A stretch of 64,000 nt of DNA. Source: Hormiphora californensis (taxonomy: Eukaryota; Animalia; Ctenophora). This document shows positions 14,379 through 27,794 of this stretch, in pieces. The stretch lies in the NCBI GenBank assembly GCA_020137815.1, contig CM035360.1, positions 4,774,001-4,838,000 on the forward strand, written 5' to 3'. Numbering within the stretch: the stretch's first letter is position 1; every line of letters begins with the position of its first letter. The position numbers were made by a program, and so were the translations under genes. Below the pieces are notes generated by a model, which worked only from the letters and a program-made list of their open reading frames with translations, was not told the origin of the DNA and did not search any database.

Positions 14379-16326
14379 CTACGTTTTACCAAACCCAAAA
14401 TAGTGATACATCCCCACGATTACAGCAAACAGACCCAAGGATAAACTCGTTGCAACGGCATTGTTCTCAGAAATCATCCTGATGGCGTCTACTATTGCAG
14501 TGAACACGAAGAGAACGAAGGATATGAGGGACAGGCTGAACGTGATGACTGATGAGATGGCATCACGACCTCGGACAGCAAAATCGGGCGTTGCCATCCG
14601 CTCCCCTTCGTCTTGCTACAGGGAAGAGAGGTTTTGGGTTAGATAAAGTGACAAAAACCGTGGCAGCTGATACATGGTGTGTACAGGGAGTGACGGAGAA
14701 GACACATAAGATAACACGATGCCACCAGCGTGTAACTAACAAATCAAAAACAACAACAACAACCCCTGTGTAACTTACAAATCAACAACAACAACAACAA
14801 CCCCTGTGTAACTTACAAATCGTTTTTCGAAGGTAGTCATCTGGTTGTTGTACTGTTCCAGCCGTTCCTCACACTCACCCAGCCGCTCACTTAGCGTGAA
14901 ACTATAGGGGAGAAGATGATGTATGAAAATGGAAGAAGATTAAACAGTGCAGCACATGTAGTGGAGAAACTGTTTTCAAAAACGGTACGCTGACGTACAT
15001 GCAGGTACAGGTACTAAACTAATAAAGTTGTTTGTTGAACAACTACATATAACAAGCAGCCTTGATATTATCTAACTTACTGGAATTTATCAAGTTTTTC
15101 TGTGATAGCATCTTCCCGATCCATGGCCTGAGTCCCAGTTCGTTTTACTAGTTCAGTTATCATTCGGTTCTGTCTGTCTATCGATTCCAAACTATCCTTT
15201 AGTATCTTAATCTCTGCCCTAAATTCTTCCTGCGGGAGGTCATGTGATCAATTAGTTAAATACTAATTACTAATTAATAGTTCGATAGTTACGCCTTGTT
15301 AATTGGAAAATACAAAAAGATGCAAAAATTCTTACCCGTATCAATTCGACATCTCTGGCCAGGCCCCCGTAATCCTCCCTCAGTTTGTTGATATTCTCTT
15401 GCAGTGGTTCGCTCACATTTGAAACACTATCTCCCCTGAAATCAGGGGTTTGGTAAAAAAAGATGAAGAGAGAGAAAGATAGAGAGATGGTAGAAAACTC
15501 ATCAAACAGCAAAAACTCGGAGCTGTGCATTTGAAACCAGCCACACAAACAAACAAACACTGTAAACCCACTGTGTATTTTTTGAACACAAGCTAGAATG
15601 AAAACTAGATGATCTTGAGGAATCATTATCCAGCGATTCATCATCACTATAATCAGCTTTTGAAGAGGATAGATCTATATCTCTAGCCTCCTGGCGTGGT
15701 ATAAACCATTCTTCTGACATGTCTCAAGAAACAAAATACAACTTCACATTCAAAACATATCCTAGAGGCCGATATGAGCTTTTTGCTGCTCCTTCATAAA
15801 CCCAACCTCAATATTTGAGTGTCGCTTAGGCACGATAGAATTTAATCGATCCAATTATGAACCGAGAGCAACAACAAATTGAGACAACACATTTCCATAA
15901 CAAGTGGAAATAAGTTGTTTTAATTTGTAAAGCCAGCCTCACCTTTCTGACCCTAGATCGTCCTCCCCGTTCCAGGAGCCATGATCAGCCTGGGTCTCAG
16001 AATGAAGGAATGGTGCAGTTTGGTGTACTACCACAGCGGGAGGTTCAGGTGTCCAATCAGGTCGTGGGGAGAATGAACGACCAACAACAAGTAGCTTACT
16101 TGATGAGCTTGACTGCTCCAGAGTTCTCTCTCCCTTTTCCCTTTCAAACCCCTTCTCATAGGATGTATTAGCACTTTTACTGGATTTCTCTAGGTTACCA
16201 TGGGTACCACCACCGGATGAAACCCGGAATATCTTATCGATGGCATTGCCAAAGGAGGCTGACCGGCGATGACCCAGCTTCAACTTTCTTTTGGACGAAT
16301 GGTCGGACATGTGGTTGAGCTGTAGC
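14379..16326 (-). CDS. TMCC/TEX28-like protein, core exons (Ser-rich region, coiled coil, two C-terminal TM helices)
   Basis: Phase-consistent exons 15943-16326, 15572-15682, 15336-15435, 15081-15229, 14817-14901, 14379-14615 give LQENINKLREDY...EEFRAEIKILKDSLE...LGECEERLEQY...AISSVITFSLSLISFVLFVFTAIV...LSLGLFAVIVGMYHYF. The architecture resembles the Tmemb_cc2 family; the family call rests on architecture only. Confidence 0.6.
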
Positions 16327-16586
16327 CTTATAATACACAAAGAGTAATGTTAGTATAAGAGGTATACAAAAACAAGTACAACAGAGCAGTGAAAGGTGAA
16401 ACTCGGTAGGAATGTACCCAGATAAGAAGTACAAGTGTATAATCCACAACTCACAAGCGGAGGGACGGAGAAAACACGAAAAAAAGCGGAGGGATAAGAA
16501 ACCATTTCTTGGAAATGGCAGTGAAATCAAAATGGGGAACGGAGACAGAAAGCAGTACCAACTTTTGATATGATATAAAAAAGGAA

Positions 16587-16653
<67 letters not shown>

Positions 16654-17693
16654 AGAGAGAGAGAGAGAGAGAACGACTCCCCGGAAACACTGCCATATAA
16701 CCCCAGCTCTAAGTGAACTAAAGCAGTGTATGTGGGCTAATACACGTGTGTTCTGGGAAAGCGAGGGGAAGTGGCACATACCTATAACATGACACATGTG
16801 CATTACATAATAATGTACGGCTTGACAGATTTGTGACATTCTTCCCTATATGACACAAATTGATACATACGAAGAGAGATTTGAGTTTTGAGAAGCTGTG
16901 GATAGAAGACATTACAAGAGTGCCTGAAACTGAAACTATAGTTTCTGTTTCAGGTTGATCTATAAATCATCTCTAAATTGCAATCATGGGACTGGTAGCT
17001 CTGTAACGTTCGAATACGATGGAATGATGTATGCAAAAGATACGTGACTCACATGACCACTGCATCAAGTCATTATATGCAGTTTTAATAACGGTTCAGA
17101 CTCCCGCGGCAAGTAGATTCATGAAATTTTACCAAGGCTGCTGCAGAGATACTTCATCAAGAACCAAGGTGGCAAGGTTGCTACTAAGACTATATAAGGT
17201 CCATATATATTGTTCTTTCTCTGCAGACTATACTTCTGCTGCAGTGGGAGCTCTAAAGAGACAATACCGTCCAGCGTCCAAATGCAAATTAGCTCCTACC
17301 CATATACTTTACAAGCTAATGGTATGGCTCTCTAACAAGCTGCTGAGCGTAATGTCGTAATGGTACTCTCTTAGTACTCAAAAATGGGATTCTAAAAATG
17401 AACATGAATTGCAAAGATGGATCTGCTGTTGTAAGATGAGAACTTCGCTATAAGACAGAGACGTAAGACCTAGCTCAATGCTAGAAGAATAGACATAGCA
17501 AACACTCGGTTTGTTTGAGTTGTTTCCCCAAATAACTTAATTATAATTGATTAAAATTTTGAATAGTCAAACTGTGTAGAAAAGTATGATGACAGTAGAC
17601 TAGATCTACAGACTGTGTAGAAAAGTAGACGTATCCCCCCAGTAGACTAGATCTACAGACTGTGTAGAAAAGTATTATGACAGTTATATGAGG

Positions 17694-17881
17694 CATAAAC
17701 TCTGGCCACTGGCACGTTATTTCAGATACCTTTCTCCCAGCGCGCCGCTGGGAGAAGGTAGCTGTAGTTTATCCGCCAGTGGCGGATAAACTGGTTTAAA
17801 TCACGACGACGATCCCGAGGCGGAGCCGAGGGAGAGGCGGAGGGGTTTAAACCAATAACGTGCCATTGGTCAGAGTTTATG
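17694..17881. mobile_element. Small palindrome-rich MITE-like element
   Basis: Imperfect TIR CATAAACTCTGGCCACTGGCACGTTATT / AATAACGTGCCATTGGTCAGAGTTTATG enclosing internal hairpins (TCTCCCAGCG..CGCTGGGAGA; GTTTATCCGCCA.TGGCGGATAAAC). Confidence 0.6.
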
Positions 17882-18611
17882 GGTTATATACCCTGCTTTA
17901 GTTGTTTGTTTCAAGTATTACACACTAACAAGAGAGAGAACACTAATCAAAACACACAAAGAGAACTGAGAAACAGTTAAAAACATCTCTCAATTGAGTG
18001 TATATTGTTTGGTAACAGTTACTAAGGAGAGAGAGAGAAAGAAATAACAAGATATGGGGCATGCCAGACATAACACAGAGGAATTGAGATAGTGAAACAA
18101 AAGGGGAGATAAAGAGAGAGAAATTGACGGAATGTGTTGTTTCTTTCTCTCCAGTGCAGTGTGTAACTCTTGCAAACAGTGTTCCCTCTGTATTTCAGTA
18201 AGAACTGATCATTTACACACACTTTGAATGTAACATAGGAGTAATAATAAACAGCCAGCCAGTGGGAAATAATCTGCCGCTGGACTGGCTGTATATTGAG
18301 AGCGCGCCAGTGGGACTTCTCGCCACTGGCGGGTTATTTAAGTTAGCAGGGTATATAGTCGTATCCCCCAGTAGACAAGATCTACAGACTGTGTTGACGA
18401 ATGCACACGTTGACATTTTCAGAGAACGCTGTAATGTAAAGACAAAAGAAAGAAAGAGAGAATGAGGGAGAGAACGAGGGAGATACACTATATACATTCT
18501 CTGTGCAGTAGTGTGTTTAATTAGCTAAATTATATACGTAGCTTGGAGAGATATGGCTAGCCAAGGTGCAGTGTAGTACTGCACTAGTTGTACTGTTCAT
18601 GAAAGTATTTT

Positions 18612-18711
18612 TGATGGTCCTTGTCCCGGAGAGTGCTCTACTCACGGTTGCGAGGAGCTATTTACAAGTAAAACAAGGAAGTTTTAGTTCAACAGTTTAC
18701 ACATGTTTCAA
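18612..18711. repeat. 100-bp dispersed repeat (second copy 61598-61697), flanked here by a ~108-bp direct duplication (18499-18607 / 18713-18819)
   Basis: The two copies differ at one position by eye. The flanking direct repeats are visible in the sequence. Confidence 0.85.
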
Positions 18712-19425
18712 GCTCTGTGCAGTAGTGTGTTTAATTAGCTAAATTATGTAGCTTGAAGAGATATGGCTAGCCAAGGTGCAGTGCACTACACTATACTAGT
18801 TGTACTGTTCATGAAAGTAACATTACGGGGGCGAAGCAATAGAACAAGACAAAAGTACACGGGTCTCCCAGCACTTTTGTCTTCTTAAGACTGTATCCTG
18901 GTAGCAAACCAGATTAATTGGAACCTGAGATGATGATGAACCAGTTAAATCCCTAAATAATGCCATTTGATCACGGCTCTATGATTAGATCGGGACGGCC
19001 CTAGTATAGGAGAAGGTAATAATAAGATAAGTTCTCAAAATGAAAAGTTCTAAAATGAGATTTTTGAACGGAGCTCGAGAAACAATTTGAAATTAAAACA
19101 ATAAGATATAGTGCTGAAAGATAGATAGATGGCACACACGCTGCACACGTGGAAAGGGAATTACATCTGGTGACCAGCTAGATCTGAACCGGGAGAAAGG
19201 TAGAAAATAATGAAGTATTTGCACTGTACTAGAATGGAATTAGCCAGTGTGAAAAGGTACAGACTAAATAAAAAGACATGTGCAGTATGTAGTAGGGCAC
19301 GCGATGTACTATTACAGTAGGGCACGCGATGGTATTATACTTAGTTGGGCCACATAGAAAACGGTCCGGCAGTACAACACACTTGAACACACAAGAACCG
19401 ACCTCAACCATGGACATGCAAATGA

Positions 19426-19567
<142 letters not shown>

Positions 19568-20035
19568 TAAGCACAGCATAAACGCTGTTGTTGAAAGCCG
19601 CTACAGAGTGTAGATATCCAGCGACAGGATATTACACATAATATATGTCTCGAGGTCGAGTTTACAAAAACGGAATGCTGACATATGAGGGGAGACATCT
19701 GTCAAAAGCTTTCAACATGCAACGACAAAACAAACAGACAAACCTAGGGAGAGAGGTAGAAAAAAGGAAAATTTAAACGAACTAGGTGTGTAATTGGCAC
19801 TGTAAATGTACTTGATTAATTGACAGTAGTTCCTGTTCAGACCGGGAAAAACGAGAGAATACACATACAAGAAGACACACACAGTCATACAAGAAAGAGG
19901 ATACAAACACAAAAGAGAGAGCGACAGAAAGATAGAAAGATAGAAAGATAGACACTGTCAGTAACAGAGGGAAACAGAGAGGGAGGAGGTTTTACATCAC
20001 CTATCAACACATATCAACATATCACCCAGACACAT

Positions 20036-20856
20036 TAGTCAGGACCACTATTGGTGCGCGGTCGTGCCCACGGAAGGAGTGCTTGGATCATCTTGAAACC
20101 GGTTTTAAGTTCACTAATGCATACCCAAAAGTGTCTGTAGCCATTTGGGTGATGTTCTGACAATCCAATCACGAGTTATGACCGAAAAACAGTCAAAAAA
20201 GACGTTTTAAAGTGACAAAAAGGAGGATCTGAACACAGCCCTTATATGAAGGGCTGGGGCTTTGAAACTTCTTGTGTGGACAGAGAATCGTCCAAATTTG
20301 CAGTGTCAACTTTCAGATAGTTTCTATCTTTTGTAGTTATCTAATTAGAGTCGTTTAAACATGTGAGAAGTTGCTAAAGGGGCCTATAATACTGCTTGTG
20401 AAGTGATCACTTGACGAGATTTGCCCAATTAGAGAGCGGATTAAAGCATACAAGCGGTGAGAGCAAGCAATATGAGATGGAAGTAGTACCTAATCACCCT
20501 GTTTTGCAGGGTCATAAAGATCGTCTCACATGTTTGAATGGCTCTAATTAGATAACTACAAAAGATAGCAACTATCTGAAAGTTGACACTGCAAATTTGG
20601 ACGATTCTCTGTCCACACAAGAAGTTTCAAAGCCCCAGCCCTTCATATAAGGGCTGTGTTCAGATCCTCCTTTTTGTCACTTTAAAACGTCTTTTTTGAC
20701 TGTTTTTCGGTCATAACTCGTGATTGGATTGTCAGAACATCACCCAAATGGCTACAGACACTTTTGGGTATGCATTAGTGAACTTAAAACCGGTTTCAAG
20801 ATGATCCAAGCACTCCTTCCGTGGGCACGACCGCGCACCAATAGTGGTCCTGACTA
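20036..20856. mobile_element. Long-TIR non-autonomous element with TAG..CTA termini and 3-bp TSD CAT (Academ-like)
   Basis: CAT|TAGTCAGGACCACTATTGG...CCAATAGTGGTCCTGACTA|CAT, ~330-bp near-perfect arms, ~155-bp spacer. The superfamily is inferred from termini and TSD only. Confidence 0.8.
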
Positions 20857-21284
20857 CATGTATGTATACACCAATTAACACATGAACATGTTATATGAAC
20901 ACATGATGAACGCGGAAATGCCATGGAGCCTAATAATATAAGGGAATCACGACAGACGGAAGTGATATTAATTATATCTGCAAAGGTCATTGATTGTGTA
21001 ACATCGCATGTTATGATTCATAACATGTAATGATTCATAACATTACATGAATGTTATTAAAAAAGTGCGGAAGCGATATGTTTTTCTAGACCTAATATTA
21101 ACCTAGTTTAGAATCTTGGTTACGAATTTACCCCTCAAGAGAGTTTTTTCGATATCTTCTTACTCTTAGTGTGCGCTTCGCGCTAGCAAGGGAGGCTAGG
21201 ATCGGGGTAACTTCGTTCCCAATTTAGAATCAGCATCATGATACATGTATGAATTTTAGGACAATCATGTATGTTTGTTTTAAC

Positions 21285-22089
21285 CTGGTAAGGGCAGTAT
21301 CGGTGACAGAGAACAAGAGATAGGACCATGCGAGGAGGATCACCAGTAGAACTCCACTCACTACCGCCCTTAGGAATACAGCCTTCGATACTGAGGATGC
21401 CGTATCAAACTGGCCCAGGTGCTCCCCTATTATCAGCTGCATTATTGTACTAACACAATGTATACTATATCAGGAGGGGCCGAGGGTAGATAGACTCTAG
21501 GTGTAGATCTATAGTCTGCTAGAGTGTTGAGGGCCAAATGAGAGAGATCTCTATAGGATAGAGATAAAGGAATGACGACTATTGCGGGTTGTAACCCTTT
21601 GGGGAGGACAATGAATCAACAGACAGATCACAGCAATTTGTTACCCAGATCTAAGGGATAAAAACTACATGGTTCCTAATATTATCCAAACAGTGCCCAT
21701 ATATGGTGATCTAAACACATGCCCAAATATGGTAATAGATATTGGTACCTAACTAATTACTCACACAATCCGTACTAATGGATCCACTGCATCGTGTGGT
21801 TCTGTTCTGGCAGTTAGCATTGTATCACTACAAGCTGATAAATCCACGGAGCCCCGTCCCTTGTTGTCCCCATTTGCTGTGAGATAGTTAGGGGACAACC
21901 TTCCCGATCCATGCTGTTGCTGCATTCTGTCTGGGTTACCCTGGTTACCCACTGAAATGCCATGATTCTGGCTCCTCTCTGAGACACTTTTCTCTGAGGC
22001 GAATCTGGATCTGTTTAGACTCTCATTACTAGACCCACCTCCCTCAGCAGCAGCTGCTGCCCCATTCTTGCTGCCCCTCTTTTTCCGAC
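21285..22089 (-). CDS. Two candidate coding exons (21765-22089, 21285-21449), probably an alternative N-terminus of the TMCC-like gene with an extra hydrophobic segment
   Basis: GRKKRGSKNG...DPLVRIV|TIMQLIIGE...AVVSGVLLVILLAWSYLLFSV...LTR. The phase-2 junctions are compatible with each other and with exon 16326. The first exon was not found. Confidence 0.45.
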
Positions 22090-22431
22090 CTAGTAGCGCC
22101 ACTACCGGTGATGCAGAAACAACTCAATATACTAGAAGCTTTATATTTAGCTCCTAAACTTCCGAAGAACCCACAGGGATATAACCCAAAGAAGCTTGAG
22201 TTAGCCTATAAGTCCTGCTTCCGAAGAATCCTCTGACCCAACACAGGGATGCAACCCAAAGATTCAGAATTCGGAGTTGCCTCGGCACGAAAGTAAGAGG
22301 GTAATATATCGAAAAGAAATAAAACAATGATAGCTCAATATGTGTAAGCCTAGGGGACTGGTAAGACACTGTTAGGTATGTGCATCATGTAGAAAACAAT
22401 GGGGAATGTATAATGTGCGTCATGATCTATA

Positions 22432-23987
22432 CAAGGTGGCCCATAAATTATGATAGCGGGGGACGAGCCGTACCTCCGAAACGGTGATAGTTGTGTAAAA
22501 ACAAACTACGGGAACATGCTGGAACAATTCCTGGACGACTTTTTGCAAATTATGAAATTTTTATTCAAAAGTTCATTTTTCATTCATGAACTTTCTACAC
22601 GTTCATTAATGAATTAAGGACTCTAATTTACCGAGAGTTAGGCATTTTGTTTGGGTTGAATTTATCTTTCCAATGAGCACCATAAAAATCAAATTGAAGC
22701 ACCAGGTCACATGGCAGTTGAGAAAATGCACATTCATGATTTTGGCTCTTCCTGCGACTTTCAATCGGCTGTATCACGGCTACCTTTTGTTCAATCGTTT
22801 TAAAAATTTGGGAGAACATCGGATAAGCAAAGATCTTTACTCACAAGAAAAATCAGGGTCAAAACTCAAAGTTCATTTTCAAGTGTTGGTAGTTCATTCC
22901 ACTCATTCAGGAACCAACATCCCTAAAGTGATGAAAATTGATGGTTTTTGTTTGGCCCATACCCTGCAATGATAGAGAGGTGTAAAATTACGTTTCCGGG
23001 CTAGTTAGTGGGTGTCCATGTGATCATGATGATATCTGACACCTTTTCTGAGCCATAATTAAGGGATTTTCTCAAATTCAAGCATGTGATTTGAGTTTTT
23101 GCGATTAGTATCGTGCAGCAATGTTGAGAGATCTCATAGCACCTCAAAAATGATGATTAGTTCAATGAAATGAGTTGATTTATGATTTAAAATTATCGTT
23201 AAGTTCATTTTACGTCTGTTTTAATCTTTTCTATCATAAATCAACTCCTTTCATTGAACTAATCATCATTTTTGAGGTGCTATGAGATCTCTCAACATTG
23301 CTGCACGATACCAATCACAAAAACTCAAATCACATGCTTGAATTTGAGAAAATCCCATAATTATGGCTCAGAAAAGGTGTCAGATATCATCATGATCACA
23401 TGGACACCCACTAACTAGCCCGGAAACGTAATTTTACACCTCTCTATCATTGCAGGGTATGGGCCAAACAAAAACCATCACTTTTCATCACTTTAGGGAT
23501 GTTGGATCCTGAATGAGTGGAATGAACTACCAACACTTGAAAATGAACTTTGAGTTTTGACCCTGATTTTTCTTGTGAGTAAAGATCTTTGCTTATCCGA
23601 TGTTCTCCCAAATTTTTAAAACGATTGAACAAAAGGTAGCCGTGATACAGCCGATTGAAAGTTGCAGGAAGAGCCAAAATCATGAATGTGCATTTTCTCA
23701 ACTGCCATGTGACCTGGTGCTTCAATTTGATTTTTATGGTGCTCATTGAAAAGATAAATTCAACCCAAACAAAATGCCTAACTCTCGGTAAATTAGAGTC
23801 CTTAATTCATTAATGAACGTGTAGAAAGTTCATGAATGAAAAATGAACTTTTGAATAAAAATTTCATAATTTGCAAAAAGTCGTCCAGGAATTGTTCCAG
23901 CATGTTCCCGTAGTTTGTTTTTGCACAACTATCACCGTTTCGGAGGTACGGCTCGTCCCCCGCTATCATAATTTATGGGCCACCTTG
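22432..23987. mobile_element. 1.56-kb foldback element, copy 2 (spacer inverted relative to copy 1, TA TSD)
   Basis: Same termini TA|CAAGGTGGCCC...GGGCCACCTTG|TA. Mirror ORFs 22673..22972(+) and 23447..23746(-). Confidence 0.92.
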
Positions 23988-25223
23988 TATTATTGAACAT
24001 ATTGGGAAGGCTGTATTTAGACGGTCCCTGAGCTGATGCAAGACCTTTCAAGACAGTTTGATCTACCGAACCCTGGCAGAGCGGTATTATTATACACACA
24101 AGACATGGACACTGTCCATTGGACATTCTGGACAACTGCATGGGTGATATTATACGAGAGAGCACACGATTTATTTGAATAGCAAATAATAAAAAGTAAA
24201 ATCAATCTTTATTTATGAGCCTACACTTTCACAAATCTGCTGAGAGAGAGAGAAAGAGAGAGATCAGAGAGAGAGGGGTGTAAGACTATGAGATCAGGTA
24301 CAGCTTGATAAAGAACCGCAAGATTCAAGAGTTCATGCAATGTTATGTGTATACTGCAGCACACATAAAACGAGTCTCTCGTACTGGGTCCTATAATAAT
24401 GAGTCCTATAGAATAAAGACCTTTATGTGAGGTATTATAGGTCGTTAGTAATTCGACCTATAACACTAGGCAAATAATTCTAGGAGCTGTACATGCATAC
24501 AAGGTATACTGCAGAGAAAGTTCAAGCGAAGTCGTCCAGCGATACAGTATGTAGCCAGCAATTGAGAATTCATTCACACTCATAAGAAAGAGATCACTCA
24601 CACCTCACACCTCATCACACTCAAAAGAGCACCCACACCTCACACTATTAACACCCTACACTCACACTTCTGCCGTTATTGGGGAGAGATGACCACCACC
24701 ACGCCCGTAACAGGCTGCATCTGATTTACTCCTAACGAACCGACCACTCGGCCCGATCGCAGGGGAGTGAAGGGTCGGTAGGGATGTGCAACTGAGGGAT
24801 AACATATGGGAGATGTACGATGCTCTTTTTTCACACCCGACATTGGGAGCTGATGCACCCTTTCCAGTAAAGAGGTGAGAAAGGAGAAGGAAAGGGAACA
24901 GAAATATGCATATTCACAGCAAGATATTAGAGACAAAGTCTTACATTAATTGGAAAAAATTGGTAGGATTGAATAGATAACCAAAGATGTAGAGAAAGTT
25001 TCTAGGAACCGTTCAAAGGCTTCATGATACTTAAACTGCTCAACATGGTGACTTTTGTTGAATCAACTTACAGGGCCCTCGGTAATTTGGTGACCAAATA
25101 GACAAACAGTTCAAACGAACAAACACTAAACATTCTAACTAACAAACACACGAAAAATCAACAGACAAATAATCCAACGAATAAACAAACAAACGAACAA
25201 ACAACTAACAGTCCTGCACTCAC

Positions 25224-26982
25224 CTATCTGATATCGTCTCGAATTCATCCCCGGCTATCACATTGGGCTCCTCGTCGTCACTGTGAGGGAAGTCACGTGT
25301 TAAACCGGGCGGGGGAGGGGGAGACACATGTTGTCAAAATTGGGAACTGTTTCAAACAAACATTAAACAAAACACTGTCAGGCCAATGCTCAGACAGACA
25401 AAACACAAGTACAGTGAGTGATATTGATGTGTGTAATATATTTCTAAATTTTAATTTTCCGATCAATTTACGCACAATGACAAGTTTTAAGTTTTTAATT
25501 TGATAAGCCGCGGCACTCGCTCCAAATTTGTGACTCACCCCATAGGTGTTGCACCACCGTCTAGATAAAATGTTGACCTGCCGGTAGTAACCGGGACGGC
25601 GGTGGGGGACGAGGTTGACATATTGGTTCAGATATCAAGAGATCAGATATTGCGAGATCAGATGTCAAGGGATCGGATATATCAAGGTTGAAGGTCGAGT
25701 GGGCGTGTGGCCTCCACCAAGAGAGGGGTAGTACTTGACCTAGATATGAATTAACAATAGTCGTGCCCTCAGGAATAATGTATCATTGATACTATCAAAC
25801 AAGGTGTTAAATTAGCTGTTTTGGGCAGTAGGCGGGGTATCTGTATAGACTGAAACGAGAGCACACAAGGAACTGCAATCAAATTACTGGATCGATGTAA
25901 TGAATAATGGAGCTCAGAGTATTATGATTCAGATGATACAACACACAATACACACACGTGGCATCGAATATAGGCTCACAGAATAGTGGATGGGAGGTGC
26001 TAACTACATGTATATACATTGACTGTACATTTGTATACATTGAGTGATGATATGTGTCTCTCTTTTTCGTGCAAAATCGGCAATCCCTCATATACAGTAT
26101 CGTATGAGAGCATCATATGATCATTAGGAATAGGCACACATTACCAACTACTGCATAGAGAGTATTTCAAGGAAGCTGAAGAGAGATATTATAGTGTGGA
26201 ATATTCAACAGCAGCTACTACTCATCACTAAAGATTCACCAAATATTCTGGACGACCGCGACGTCAGACACACAAACACGCACAAATTCAAAAGGAGTAA
26301 CGAATATACTGTGTGGCAAGTATAGGAAGTGAATGTGGTAAGGACAAATTTGATTTTATGAAGGAGCAGTAGAGTTTGTGAAGGAGCAAGAGAGGGGATG
26401 GGAGCACAAAATGCGGGAACAAAATGAAATCATGTAGGATTTTAGAACTCAATAATGAAATCATGGGTAATGAAGGGAACCACATAAAGAAGAAGATAAG
26501 AGCTCAGAGTCTGAGGAGAAAAAGTATGACATTATGGGGGTATTATGTAATTGAAAGGTCATTACTTTTGAACCAAGTATCAGTACACAATGTCATTACT
26601 TTTGACTCAAAGTCATTACTTTTGAATCAAGAGTCAATACGATGTCTCGATTGAACAGCTCTACACTCAAGAACTCGTCCGGGGGATACTGCAGCTCACA
26701 GCGACTCAAGCTCACAGCGCACATAATATCACCTTGCGTTGTGGGTTCGAACCTCGACAGAAAAAGAACAGTAGGATCACTCATTATACAATCCCCTCAC
26801 ACTCAGTTCAGACAACTAACTTGCACCTCGACTCTTTTAACTTCTTTCAAGTTGCATATCACAAAAATTATGCTAATTCTAAATTTTAAATGTCCGGTCA
26901 CCATACTATTCACAAGGACGAATCTTCGAAACTCTTTGAGAGAGTGACAATCATACAATGAGCGTATATCTTTCTTTTATTC

Positions 26983-27059
<77 letters not shown>

Positions 27060-27617
27060 CAATGTGCAATAAAGACAGCCCGAGAGAAGGCAATTAATGA
27101 ACCGTCATCACGCTAAATGGACGGAGAGATCTTAGCTCCCAGACTTCCCTTTTTTCTCTCTCTCTCTCTCTCTCTCCATCTCTCATCAGCACATGTACCA
27201 TTCATTTATGACTGTGTAAAAGAAGAGGGGTTCTGTTCTTGGGCGTGTATCAGCATGAAATGTGATTGGACCACCGACAGCATGGTAGGTGTTATATCAA
27301 TACCTCTCGGTACCTCTATCTTCTCATTGTCCTCGACAAATGTAAACACTTCTATCAGATTCTGCAGTAGGTATAGCACATGATTGAGCATATAATGAAT
27401 GAGCTATATTTCGCTCCCTCAAAAGTATGCAAAATGTAGAACTAGCAACACAAGCGCTAAGTATCATGTATAAGTAGCATGGAATAATACGAGTAGTGGA
27501 TGGATGCACGGAAACAAGGCGGGTAACGTGTGTGTGGTGTACATTCTAGAAGACAAACATATATGGGAGAGATGAAGAGAGATGTGAGAGGAAGAGAGAG
27601 AGAGAGGGAGAGAGAGA

Positions 27618-27705
<88 letters not shown>

Positions 27706-27711
27706 TGAGAG

Positions 27712-27794
<83 letters not shown>

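Noticed and set aside
18612-18711. Spliced-leader RNA gene
   Set aside because: No leader-AG|GT plus Sm-site arrangement could be recognised on either strand.
22673-23746. Repeated 'MSTIKIKLKHQVTWQ' ORFs as a transposase or gene family
   Set aside because: They are mirror images inside foldback arms, have no DDE or HTH motif, and the frame is broken in copy 1.
26715-26760. tRNA gene (GGGTTCGAACC B-box)
   Set aside because: No cloverleaf or A-box; at most a SINE remnant.
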